From NCBI GenBank assembly GCA_050124655.1, contig JASFEV010000001.1:1-56262 (forward strand): a stretch of 56,262 nucleotides of DNA, in the 5' to 3' direction. Position 1 is the stretch's first letter. Every line of letters starts with the position of its first letter. This DNA is from Desulfobacterales bacterium (GTDB taxonomy: Bacteria > Desulfobacterota > Desulfobacteria > Desulfobacterales > JAHEIW01). Of this stretch, positions 47,033 through 55,234 are shown piece by piece. The notes below the pieces were generated by a model. It saw only the letters and a list, made by a program, of their open reading frames with translations. It had not been told where the DNA came from and ran no database searches. A program made the translations under genes and the position numbers.

Positions 47033-47589
47033 GTGATACCTCCCGGGAAAAATGATCGTAAGGATCTTGATACTGAATTATTAGCATAAGAAAGGCCGCC
47101 ACCTGGGCTCAGGCCCAAGACGGATGACACGCCAGGGCGATCAACAAAAACATGCTTCCTGGCGCAAGGTACCTGAATCCGCCCACAGCGAAAAGGTTCT
47201 ATTTTCCGATGCCCACCGGTTAGCGAGGAGCAGGAGCTTTCTTCCTATAGGTGACGGCAAATATTTTACGTACTATATACCGGTATTCACGTCAATTATC
47301 TTCTAAATCAGTTCACTGCGCACTTGTGTTGATCCAATCTTGAATGCTAAGTTTTTGCTGTAATCATGAATATCTCAGATCAATGGTGAAATAATCATAG
47401 ATTCTCTAATCTTACGAAATTTCTTGCCTGGCAGATCAAGTTTGCTTATTTTATAATGTTAATTCACTGAAATTTGAACGAACCTGCATAAGGCTGTGGG
47501 GCTTTTCCATGATATCGAATGTAATAATATGGTAATATTTTAGCGGTACGGCGCCCCTTAGCATCAGTTAACTGCAATCGGACGCAGAG

Positions 47590-48810
47590 ATGAGCATGAG
47601 CAACAAAAATAAAAACAACCGCTCTGAAATAGCGACGCTCAAATATTCCGGCTCGCTGGCCAAAACGGTCTTAAATTCTCTTTCTGCCAATATAGCGATT
47701 CTGGACGAAAATGGGGTCATTCTCGAGACCAACGAGGCCTGGAAAAATTTCGCAACGGAAAATAAAATGAGAGGACGCAACGATTCCATTGGCGTGAACT
47801 ATCTGGAGTTGTGCGACGCGACCATTGGTAAAGAGGCCAAAGATGCCCATAACGTCGCTGCCGGTATTCGATCTGTGATCACGGGGGAAACAAAGGAATT
47901 TTTATATGACTATCCCTGTCACGGTCCGGATGGTCGGCACTATTTTTATTTAAGGAGCATTCGGGTGGCCGAGAAGGAGCCCATTCGCGTGGTGGTAAGC
48001 CATGAAGACATCACCGCATTGAAATTGGCTGAAAAAGCTTTGCGTAAAAGAGAAAGGGAAAGAGATCAGCTGCGTCATTCACTGGAGTTGGCCAGGGAGA
48101 TTCAGCAAAAACTTCTGCCCAAAAAAAATCCCGCTATCGCAGGGTTGGATGTCACCGGCAAAATCATTTATTGTGACGAAACAGGCGGCGATTATTATGA
48201 TTTTATTAATATGAAAGATAACAGCAGCGAAGAATTAGGTGTTGTTGTGGCTGATGTCGTCGGGCACGGCATATCCTCAGCATTGATCATGGCCAGTGTG
48301 CGATCAGCGCTTCGCCAGCGCCTTGCCATGCCGGGATCTATTTCACAGATTATGACCGATGTAAACTGGCAGATGGCCGGCGACCTTGCCGATTCCGGCC
48401 AATTCGTCACTTTATTTTATCTGGTTGTGGACCCGGCAAGGCCAAATTTAAAATGGGTGCGCGCCGGGCACGAACCGGCCCTCCTATATGATCCGGTGGC
48501 GGATGATTTTGTTGAGCTTCAGGGGTCCGGCATGGCGCTCGGTGTCGATAAAAACTTCCAATATGAAGAAAACCAGAAAGAAAATATTTCAAGGGGAAGT
48601 ATCGTTGTGCTTGCCACTGATGGTGTTTGGGAAACCCGCAATGAAAGTGGTCAGATGTTTGGTCGGACCGCTGTTTACGATATCATTCGAAAAAATTCAA
48701 AGGCCAGCGCCGATGAGATCATGGAGGCCATTTTTAGCCGGATTAAAAATTTCCTGAAGGCAGCGAAACCCGAGGACGATTTGACACTTGTCGTCGTGAA
48801 GGTCCTCTAA
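47590..48810 (+). CDS. PAS domain-containing PP2C-type (SpoIIE/RsbU-like) protein phosphatase
   Basis: N-terminal PAS (LNSLSANIAILDENGVILETNEAW) followed by SpoIIE motifs GGDYYDF, VVADVVGHG and LATDGVWE. Confidence 0.85.
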   Translation: MSMSNKNKNNRSEIATLKYSGSLAKTVLNSLSANIAILDENGVILETNEAWKNFATENKMRGRNDSIGVNYLELCDATIGKEAKDAHNVAAGIRSVITGETKEFLYDYPCHGPDGRHYFYLRSIRVAEKEPIRVVVSHEDITALKLAEKALRKRERERDQLRHSLELAREIQQKLLPKKNPAIAGLDVTGKIIYCDETGGDYYDFINMKDNSSEELGVVVADVVGHGISSALIMASVRSALRQRLAMPGSISQIMTDVNWQMAGDLADSGQFVTLFYLVVDPARPNLKWVRAGHEPALLYDPVADDFVELQGSGMALGVDKNFQYEENQKENISRGSIVVLATDGVWETRNESGQMFGRTAVYDIIRKNSKASADEIMEAIFSRIKNFLKAAKPEDDLTLVVVKVL

Positions 48811-48883
48811 ACAAAGCGTTTCGCCTGCGGCGCTGCATTCTTATTCGCTGAGCCCACGGCCCAATATGAACAGGAAATAATTC

Positions 48884-48909
48884 ACCACAAAGGCACAAAG
48901 ATCGCAAAG
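48884..48909. repeat. Short tandem CACAAAG-type repeats
   Basis: caccacaaag gcacaaag atcgcaaag. Resembles the repeats at 30321-30340. Confidence 0.4.
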
Positions 48910-49042
48910 TATTTCTTTAAATACGAGGGGTATAACACATTTAGTATTGATCACTGCTATGGCCACAGCGTTTGGCTTAAAAAATCACAAAAGTAAAAGT
49001 GTAAAGTGGTTTCTAAATTATTAGATCTTGTTTGAGGGCAAG

Positions 49043-49109
49043 GCGCAATTCGGTTAAAAATCGGAGCGTACACGTTAGTACTCGAGCATTTTAAACCGAA
49101 TTGGAACGC
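49043..49109. repeat. Imperfect hairpin (arms about 19-22 nt)
   Basis: gcgcaattcggttaaaaat (49043-49061) faces attttaaaccgaattggaacgc (49088-49109). Confidence 0.55.
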
Positions 49110-49146
49110 AGCCATCGAGCAAGAGATGAGGATTTAGAAATCACTT

Positions 49147-50151
49147 TTAGAGATTATCCGGGAGGGCCCATTCGAGAAACTGCCAATCCACCTCCCAGGC
49201 GTGCTCCCCGTAGCCGCCGGCGGTCACGTAAGCCCGGGGAATATGCTGCGCCTTTAAGAAGTGATAGACGAGCTGGTCTCTTTCCTTTAACTGCGCCAAC
49301 GACAGCTTCAGTTCTGCGGTCGACGGCAATTCGTCATTTTCATAGGGATCGGAACCGGCTAACACAACGGCTAGGTCCGGTGGCCCGACACCACTGAGTT
49401 TTTCCAGCCCCTCTTTGAGCCTGGCGATGTAAACGTCCTCCTCTCCGGCGGCCACCGGTATATCGATGTCGCTGGCAACAAAAGATGGATTCAGTCTGCC
49501 CTGCTCATCGTAGGCGTCGCCATCCAGCGGCCAGCCGTTGGCCATATGGATGCTGAGGGTCGTGATCGAGCTGTCCTCTTCGGTTAAAACGGCCGTTCCG
49601 TCCCCTTTGTGGGCATCCAGATCGATGACCCACGCGGTGCGAATTAAATTTTCAGACTGCAATTTGCGCAGGGCAATCACAATGTCATTCACCGGGCAAA
49701 AACCTTCACCGTAATCTCTTTTGGCGTGGTGCATGCCGCCGCCAAATGTGAAACAAAAGTTTTTTCGTAAAGCTTCGCGGCAGCATTGAATTGTCCCGGC
49801 CGCCTTGGACAACAGACGATCAAACAAATCGGTTAACGGAAGCGTCGCCTTTTCCGGATTGTAACGATAATAGCGGCCGTTTTCATCAATCAGCTGAAAG
49901 GCTTTGATAATCTCGTTTTCGAGCTGGTCGGAATATAAGCGGTCCACATATTCGGCAGAATGCACGCGTAAAAGGTCGGTGCGGGTAACGGTTTCATTGA
50001 TGCGATTGATATGCCATTGATCGATTCGGGGTGCCAAAGCCGGGTGGCGCTCCAGTTTGGCAAAAGTGCTGGCCGCACGGCTGCCCGACACCGGAATTTC
50101 GATACCGAATTCCGTCAGGCCTTCTTTCATATTAGGGTCATAGATGATCAT
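49147..50151 (-). CDS. Histone deacetylase family protein (acetoin utilization/acetylpolyamine amidohydrolase-like)
   Basis: Arginase/deacetylase-fold motifs GGGMHHAKRDYGEGFCPVND, IDLDAHKGDGT and GSDPYE.D.L. Confidence 0.9.
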   Translation of the reverse strand: MIIYDPNMKEGLTEFGIEIPVSGSRAASTFAKLERHPALAPRIDQWHINRINETVTRTDLLRVHSAEYVDRLYSDQLENEIIKAFQLIDENGRYYRYNPEKATLPLTDLFDRLLSKAAGTIQCCREALRKNFCFTFGGGMHHAKRDYGEGFCPVNDIVIALRKLQSENLIRTAWVIDLDAHKGDGTAVLTEEDSSITTLSIHMANGWPLDGDAYDEQGRLNPSFVASDIDIPVAAGEEDVYIARLKEGLEKLSGVGPPDLAVVLAGSDPYENDELPSTAELKLSLAQLKERDQLVYHFLKAQHIPRAYVTAGGYGEHAWEVDWQFLEWALPDNL

Positions 50152-50154
50152 AGC

Positions 50155-50225
50155 GGGTTACGGGTTGCGAGTTGCGCGTTTCAAGGTTGCGAATAGGCAG
50201 AAGACAGTAGCCAGTGACCAGAAGC
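50155..50225. repeat. Degenerate heptamer arrays abutting the HDAC start codon
   Basis: GGGTTAC GGGTTGC GAGTTGC GCGTTTC (50155-50182) and CAGAAGA CAGTAGC CAGTGAC CAGAAGC (50198-50225). The 17-mer at 50164-50180 is the reverse complement of 23594-23610. Confidence 0.75.
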
Positions 50226-50312
50226 AATTGATTACAAGCGAAACAACTCAATTACCAAAGAGCCAGAACCGAGAAGAAGGTAAGACCGAATTTGAGGGCG
50301 CACAACCTTGTT

Positions 50313-50341
50313 TTGACAATCTCATGTTTTTTCCGTACAAT
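50313..50341 (+). promoter_or_regulatory. Near-consensus sigma70 promoter upstream of the TrfA-like gene
   Basis: TTGACA (50313-50318), exact 17-nt spacer, TACAAT (50336-50341). This would give a leader of about 175 nt to ATG 50523. Confidence 0.5.
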
Positions 50342-50522
50342 AGCTGCAACCAACCTGGCCGTCCTTAAAAACCAACTGACACAAAAGCGACATCACGAGC
50401 CGGCTGAATCTCTTAAAGCCACGTTATATATATTTTTTTTGCCTGAACGTTGTGTTGTCATTCATCCAGCCCCATTCAACCCGGGCGCTGTCTTAAAGAA
50501 GTGGTTTCAAAAGGAGGCACAG

Positions 50523-51488
50523 ATGCCGCATGGAGACAAAAAGCTTTCAATTCCTTCAGGAATCGCAGCGCCACCAGGCCGTCCAGCCGGGAATCGATCA
50601 AAGGCGCCTTCAGGTAAAAAAATAATCCAGGAGGCCTCTGAATTTGTCAAGGCGCATATCCGCCGCCAGCCGCCGGTGCAGCGGTTTTTTAGTTTCATGC
50701 CCACCATGTTGACCCGGGTTTCGCCGTTTCATTTCAAAGGCCGGCATAAATCAACCGAATGGCCGCTGGTTCGCCTGGATTCGGGTGATGGCAATTCATG
50801 GGGCAGCATGCAGGTGGTGGGTGAGCTGCTCATCATTTTTGACGAAACCATCCTGTTTTGTCTACTGGCGCTGATGACCCGGTATGAAAGTGACGCTTTT
50901 GAAACCTCCACGACCGAAGTGTCCCAACTAGCAGGTATTGATCCAACACCGACCCAGAGCACTAACATCTGGAAGAGCATTCAACGTCTGGCCGGCACTC
51001 GCATTGATTTGGAGCTTTACAGCGGCAAAGGGAAAAAGAAAAAAACGCTTAAAGAGTTGACCGGCTCGATCCTGAGTTTTGCCGATAAAAATCAGGCCGG
51101 CGGCAGTATCAGAATCGTCATAAACCCTTATTTTTTGGAAATGTATGCTGAAAGCTTCGTGACCAACATCGATATGAACTTCAGAAGCCGCTTGAAATCC
51201 GATGTCGGCAAAGCATTTTATCGTTTCTATCAGGGTCAATATGAATTGCAATCGGATATCGAAATTATTCGGCTCGCCCATGCGGTTAATTTGAGCATTG
51301 CGCAGGAAATGAAACAATTAAAATCAAAGGTGCGCACCGGATTAAAGGAACTGCAAGAGAAAGGATATCTGGAAGCCTATGAGATCACCCGGGATAATCG
51401 GGTGCGTGTGTCAAAAACCAAAGATGCTGCTGTCAAATTCGAAGGCCAGATTCTGGGCCATTCCAATATAGAATATTTTATCGATTAA
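50523..51488 (+). CDS. TrfA-like plasmid replication initiator family protein (321 aa)
   Basis: ATG 50523 with RBS aaggagg. Collinear resemblance to TrfA/RepA-type initiators: G.LLIIFDETILFCLLALM, STNIWKSIQRLAGTRIDL, IRIVINPYFLEMYAESFVTNIDMNFRSRLKSDVGKAFYRFYQ, and the LKSKVRTGLKELQEKGYLEAYEI winged-helix-like tail. The assignment rests on remembered family patterns. Confidence 0.55.
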   Translation: MPHGDKKLSIPSGIAAPPGRPAGNRSKAPSGKKIIQEASEFVKAHIRRQPPVQRFFSFMPTMLTRVSPFHFKGRHKSTEWPLVRLDSGDGNSWGSMQVVGELLIIFDETILFCLLALMTRYESDAFETSTTEVSQLAGIDPTPTQSTNIWKSIQRLAGTRIDLELYSGKGKKKKTLKELTGSILSFADKNQAGGSIRIVINPYFLEMYAESFVTNIDMNFRSRLKSDVGKAFYRFYQGQYELQSDIEIIRLAHAVNLSIAQEMKQLKSKVRTGLKELQEKGYLEAYEITRDNRVRVSKTKDAAVKFEGQILGHSNIEYFID

Positions 51489-51564
51489 GATACGCTGCCA
51501 CAGCTTAAAAACCCGCACGAGGCGGGATTCATTTTAAAAGATGCGCAATAACCTGCCCGCCAGA

Positions 51565-52119
51565 TCAGGTTGCTTTCGCTTTAATAACTTCAAAGCTGTT
51601 CAACATATAGCGGAAGGCTTCAATGTCTCTTTGAAAATGAAACCGATCGGAGGCCGTAAACCGCAAATTAAAAAACGTGTCCTCTTTGATAAATCCATAG
51701 TACAGCGTTTTAAAGCTATGACCTTCCGCATCCTGATAGGTATACAGGATTTTAAAACCCGCAAATCCCTTAATGCTTTCCGGGGCATTATTGAGCAGCT
51801 TTAAGTTCACTAAATTTCGGTCCGATATCAGCTCATCGATAATGATCTGGGCCGCCTCTTCAGGCAGCATGGTCTTGCGCATGGTCTTTTTGGTATGGCG
51901 AAACGATTTGCCGATGGGGCGGCTTTGAACCAGGATATACTGCTGAAAGGGGTTTTCTCTGGTGACCAAAAGGTAACGGTTATTGTCTATTTGGCGCCAC
52001 CCTTTAGGAATATCAACCTGAAATCCATAGGATGCCGGTTTGGTAAGCCCGCCGTTAGCCGCGCAGGCCAAGCAGCTGGCGACAATCATCAAAAGGCTGA
52101 ACTGCACTATTTTTTTCAT
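51565..52119 (-). CDS. Hypothetical lipoprotein (184 aa)
   Basis: MKKIVQFSLLMIVASCLAC lipobox. Its ATG overlaps the stop of the upstream M48 gene (ATGA). Confidence 0.6.
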   Translation of the reverse strand: MKKIVQFSLLMIVASCLACAANGGLTKPASYGFQVDIPKGWRQIDNNRYLLVTRENPFQQYILVQSRPIGKSFRHTKKTMRKTMLPEEAAQIIIDELISDRNLVNLKLLNNAPESIKGFAGFKILYTYQDAEGHSFKTLYYGFIKEDTFFNLRFTASDRFHFQRDIEAFRYMLNSFEVIKAKAT

Positions 52120-53324
52120 GAGCTTTCCTTGCTGAGCGTGCATTGTTTTAAATACCCCTCGATATAGGCTTTGTCCGGGGAATCAGGCGAAAGCTGCAGG
52201 CAAGACTCGAAAAACTTTTTGGCCAGTGCGTGCTGGCCTTTCTTATAATGAATCAGGCCGATGGCCTTGTGAGGGGCGGCAAAGCTTGGATCCAGTGTAA
52301 TGGCACGGCTATAATAACCAAGCGCTGTGTGTGCGTCACTCTGCTGTCCCCGTTGCCTGTAGATTTCCCCCAGCAGAAAATAAGCCCGCGTGTCATCGGG
52401 CTTGATCGTTGTAAATTTTTCAATGCTTTTTTTGGCAGCTTGAAAACGCCCCAGCCGAATATCCAATTGGGCATTATCTAAAAAGAGTTGATCCAACTTT
52501 GCCAGAAAGTGTTTGCGGTGGTTATTCGAAACCGGTCTTTTTATCATAGCAGGCATTGGCAGATTCTGCAAATTTGCGGCCCGCTGCCGAATTTTGGGAT
52601 GGCTCCCAAAAAAGAAGGGCTCTTCGTGTCCATCCTGGGCGATGTCTGCCAGCATCTGATCAAAAAGCGCAAGGGCTTCCTTTGGATTGTAGCCCGCCTG
52701 CAGCACCCATTCAAATCCGACGCGGTCCGCTTCGGCTTCAAGTTCACGTGTGTATCCACTGATGGCAACCATGGCGCCGGTAACCCCAATGGAATGGGCT
52801 AATTTCCGCAACCCCCTGGTCTTTAACAATGTTTGTTGAATTGCAATGAACACGGCCGGTTGATTTTTGTATTTTCTAAAAGCACGCAGCGCATGCCGGC
52901 GGATACAATGGGTCATCTCATGCGCCAACACTGCCGCCAGTTGCGCTTCGTTTTCCATTTGTGCCAGCAATCCGCTGTGGATATAAATCATTCCATTGGG
53001 ATAGGCGAAGGCATTCAGATAGGGATTCTTGATGACCTTAACGCGAATAACCAAATCGGGCGGCAAGTCAGCAGGCGTCAATTTGGCAACCACCTGATTC
53101 AAATAATCTTCGAGTTGCGGATCTGCATAAATCAGACCATTGCTTTCCAAGGCACGTTGCTCCTGCTCTGATTTTTGCCACAGCATTTGTTCGTCTTCAG
53201 ATGTCAGCAGCGCATCGGGCACCAGCGAAATTTTCGGCTTAGATGGTGAAGAGCAGGCTGTTGCCGATGCCAATAACAACAGGGCTAAAAAATAAAGGCA
53301 TAATTTGCTTGCTTGGATGTTCAT
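52116..53324 (-). CDS. M48 family metalloprotease with C-terminal TPR repeats (lipoprotein)
   Basis: HEMTH zinc motif (LAHEMTHCIRRH), a downstream glutamate (RELEAEADRVG), and TPR-like repeats at the C-terminus. The start at 53324 gives MNIQASKLCLYFLALLLLASATAC. The alternative start at 53369 is not excluded. Confidence 0.85.
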   Translation of the reverse strand: MNIQASKLCLYFLALLLLASATACSSPSKPKISLVPDALLTSEDEQMLWQKSEQEQRALESNGLIYADPQLEDYLNQVVAKLTPADLPPDLVIRVKVIKNPYLNAFAYPNGMIYIHSGLLAQMENEAQLAAVLAHEMTHCIRRHALRAFRKYKNQPAVFIAIQQTLLKTRGLRKLAHSIGVTGAMVAISGYTRELEAEADRVGFEWVLQAGYNPKEALALFDQMLADIAQDGHEEPFFFGSHPKIRQRAANLQNLPMPAMIKRPVSNNHRKHFLAKLDQLFLDNAQLDIRLGRFQAAKKSIEKFTTIKPDDTRAYFLLGEIYRQRGQQSDAHTALGYYSRAITLDPSFAAPHKAIGLIHYKKGQHALAKKFFESCLQLSPDSPDKAYIEGYLKQCTLSKESS

Positions 53325-53746
53325 TTTTGCCTTGTCAAAGCGGGTTGCCGTAAATGTAAACGAAGGCACTATTTTTGTTTTTTATAAAAATATCAAAGAG
53401 TTAATAAATGAACGCCTGATGGCAAAAAATAAAAAAATGCTGCCGCTTCAATGAGGAGCACAAGCCATGCCTCAGGCAGATCATGAATGGTAAATCGGTC
53501 ATAGCAGCGCCAAACTTTAGGTCGTTCTTTGAGGTGTCATGTGCCCATCAGACCATTGAAGGCATGAAGATAGGGGGTTGATGTGGGTTTTTTTGCACAA
53601 TACTTCTATACATAAAGTGCAAGTACGTTTTTTTCCTCTTCCGTTCATTTTTTTGTTGTCTTTTAGCAAATTATGCATAATATTGTCGTTGTTGATGATT
53701 CTATTTTCTGGGCATTGGGGGCAGATTTTAGAAAGGAGGAAAGATC

Positions 53747-53953
53747 ATGAAAAAGCTGATTATCTTATTGTTTTTGGTGTTGCTGCTCTCAGGATGCAGT
53801 GACGAATTTTTAGCCCATGATACGCTGTATAAAGATTGGGATCACGTCAAGTTTAGCTGGGGCGGTTACAAAAATGTAAATGCCCAGGATGCGCAAATGT
53901 CAGCTGAAAGGGGTTGGTGGGGAGAAGAAATACCTTACATTCCGGCCGAATAA
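53747..53953 (+). CDS. Small lipoprotein (68 aa), unknown function
   Basis: Strong RBS aaaggagga. Lipobox LLLSGC. Trp/Tyr-rich mature part. Confidence 0.55.
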   Translation: MKKLIILLFLVLLLSGCSDEFLAHDTLYKDWDHVKFSWGGYKNVNAQDAQMSAERGWWGEEIPYIPAE

Positions 53954-54344
53954 TGCAAGCGTCTGATTCAACATCGTAACAACAGAAGACGGTGCGGTCA
54001 TTATCTGCTCGCATTCGCTTTTTAATCTTGTCGATTCCATAAGCGCTGTTGCCGACGCTAGACCAGATCTTGTGGTGAAACTTAGACATACGTTTGTTGA
54101 TCAATAGCTGAATTCAAAAAGGGGTGGTAATTGCCAGTGTTAAGCTGGTAGGCCGCCCTTTTTTAATGCCTGATTTTGCATGAAATTAGATGAGAAACTT
54201 GGCACTTTATAGCTTGATCAGGTTCTTTACACATTAGATTGAAAAACCGGCTTGTCGGCGGTCCTGGCTGGTTGACAAGCGGCGCGATTTGGCAATATAA
54301 CGCCAACAGCCCCAATCATCTTTAAACCCGTTGAGGTATCGGCA

Positions 54345-55223
54345 ATGCGTTTTTTTCAGAATTGGAGCAGGATCCTTTCGATCTTCCTCATCCTCACCAT
54401 CCCGGCAGCCTGCATTTCCAATAAGGAAATGACGGTCGGATCCACGGCAACGCTTCTGGAAGAAATTTCAAAATCGGCCAATAAACAATCGGATTTAAGG
54501 ATTATCCGGGAAGGCATGCCCGCCTATCTGATGCTCATTGACGGTATGGTTGAAGCCGTACCAAACAATGCACGTCTGCTGCTGGCGGCCGCCCAGGCAT
54601 ATGCCTCATTCGCTTCCGCTTTTATTGAAGATGAAGACCAGGACTATGCCCGCGTCCTGTTTACCAAAGCCAAAGATTATGCCCTGCGCGCTTTGGAACT
54701 ACGGGGCATCAAGGAGCCGGTCTCCAAACCCTTTAACGAATTTGAAGCAGCGGTCAATACGCTCGGCAAAGAAGATTTGCCGTATATGTTCTGGACCGGG
54801 ACGTGCTGGGGCAGTTGGATTCGGCTCAATTTAGGCTCCATCGCTGCAGTGGCGGAACTGCCACGGGTGGAAGTACTCATGAAACGCGTGTTGGTGCTCG
54901 ATGAGCAGTTTTATTACGGCGGTTCGCATCTGTTCATGGGCATCCTGCTGGCCTCCAGACCTTCCATCGCCGGCGGCGATTTAGACAAGGCGCACCATCA
55001 TTTTCAAAAAGCGCTGGCCTTTAGCCAGGATGCGTTTTTAATGACCCGGGTCTATTTTGCCAGTCATTATGCCCGCAAAAGGTTGGACAGGGAATTGTTT
55101 GTCGCCAACCTCCAACAGGTCTTGGATACCCCGGCCGATAAAATCCCGCAATTAACATTGCTCAATACCGTGGCCCACCAGAGGGCAACAGAATTGCTCG
55201 CACAAACTGACGATTTTTTTTAG
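54345..55223 (+). CDS. TRAP transporter TatT-component-like helical/TPR lipoprotein
   Basis: Lipobox IPAAC. All-helical composition. It sits directly (11 nt) upstream of a DctP-family binding protein, as in TPAT-type TRAP systems. The family call is from recollection and context. Confidence 0.55.
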   Translation: MRFFQNWSRILSIFLILTIPAACISNKEMTVGSTATLLEEISKSANKQSDLRIIREGMPAYLMLIDGMVEAVPNNARLLLAAAQAYASFASAFIEDEDQDYARVLFTKAKDYALRALELRGIKEPVSKPFNEFEAAVNTLGKEDLPYMFWTGTCWGSWIRLNLGSIAAVAELPRVEVLMKRVLVLDEQFYYGGSHLFMGILLASRPSIAGGDLDKAHHHFQKALAFSQDAFLMTRVYFASHYARKRLDRELFVANLQQVLDTPADKIPQLTLLNTVAHQRATELLAQTDDFF

Positions 55224-55234
55224 GAGACATAGGC

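Noticed and set aside
46373-47089. A 238-aa + strand ORF overlapping the second MFP gene.
   Set aside because: It is antisense to a well-supported adaptor lipoprotein gene and has no independent signals.
50292-50522. The upstream 77-codon extension of the TrfA-like ORF. The same question was considered for the similar 5' extensions at 15820, 29221, 30358 and 39873.
   Set aside because: In each case an internal ATG with a clear Shine-Dalgarno sequence gives a sensible N-terminus (signal peptide or conserved start). At this locus the extension would also begin upstream of the predicted promoter.
53853-54104. An 83-aa minus-strand ORF downstream of the small lipoprotein, considered as a possible transposase or other gene remnant.
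   Set aside because: Its 3' half is antisense to the RBS-supported lipoprotein ORF. The remaining ~50 codons gave no family-level motif I could name.
54200-54213. A sigma54-like TGGCAC...TAGC element upstream of the TatT-like gene.
   Set aside because: The GG-to-GC spacing is one nt shorter than the TGGCAC-N5-TTGC consensus, the -12 element is imperfect, and no enhancer-binding protein is nearby.
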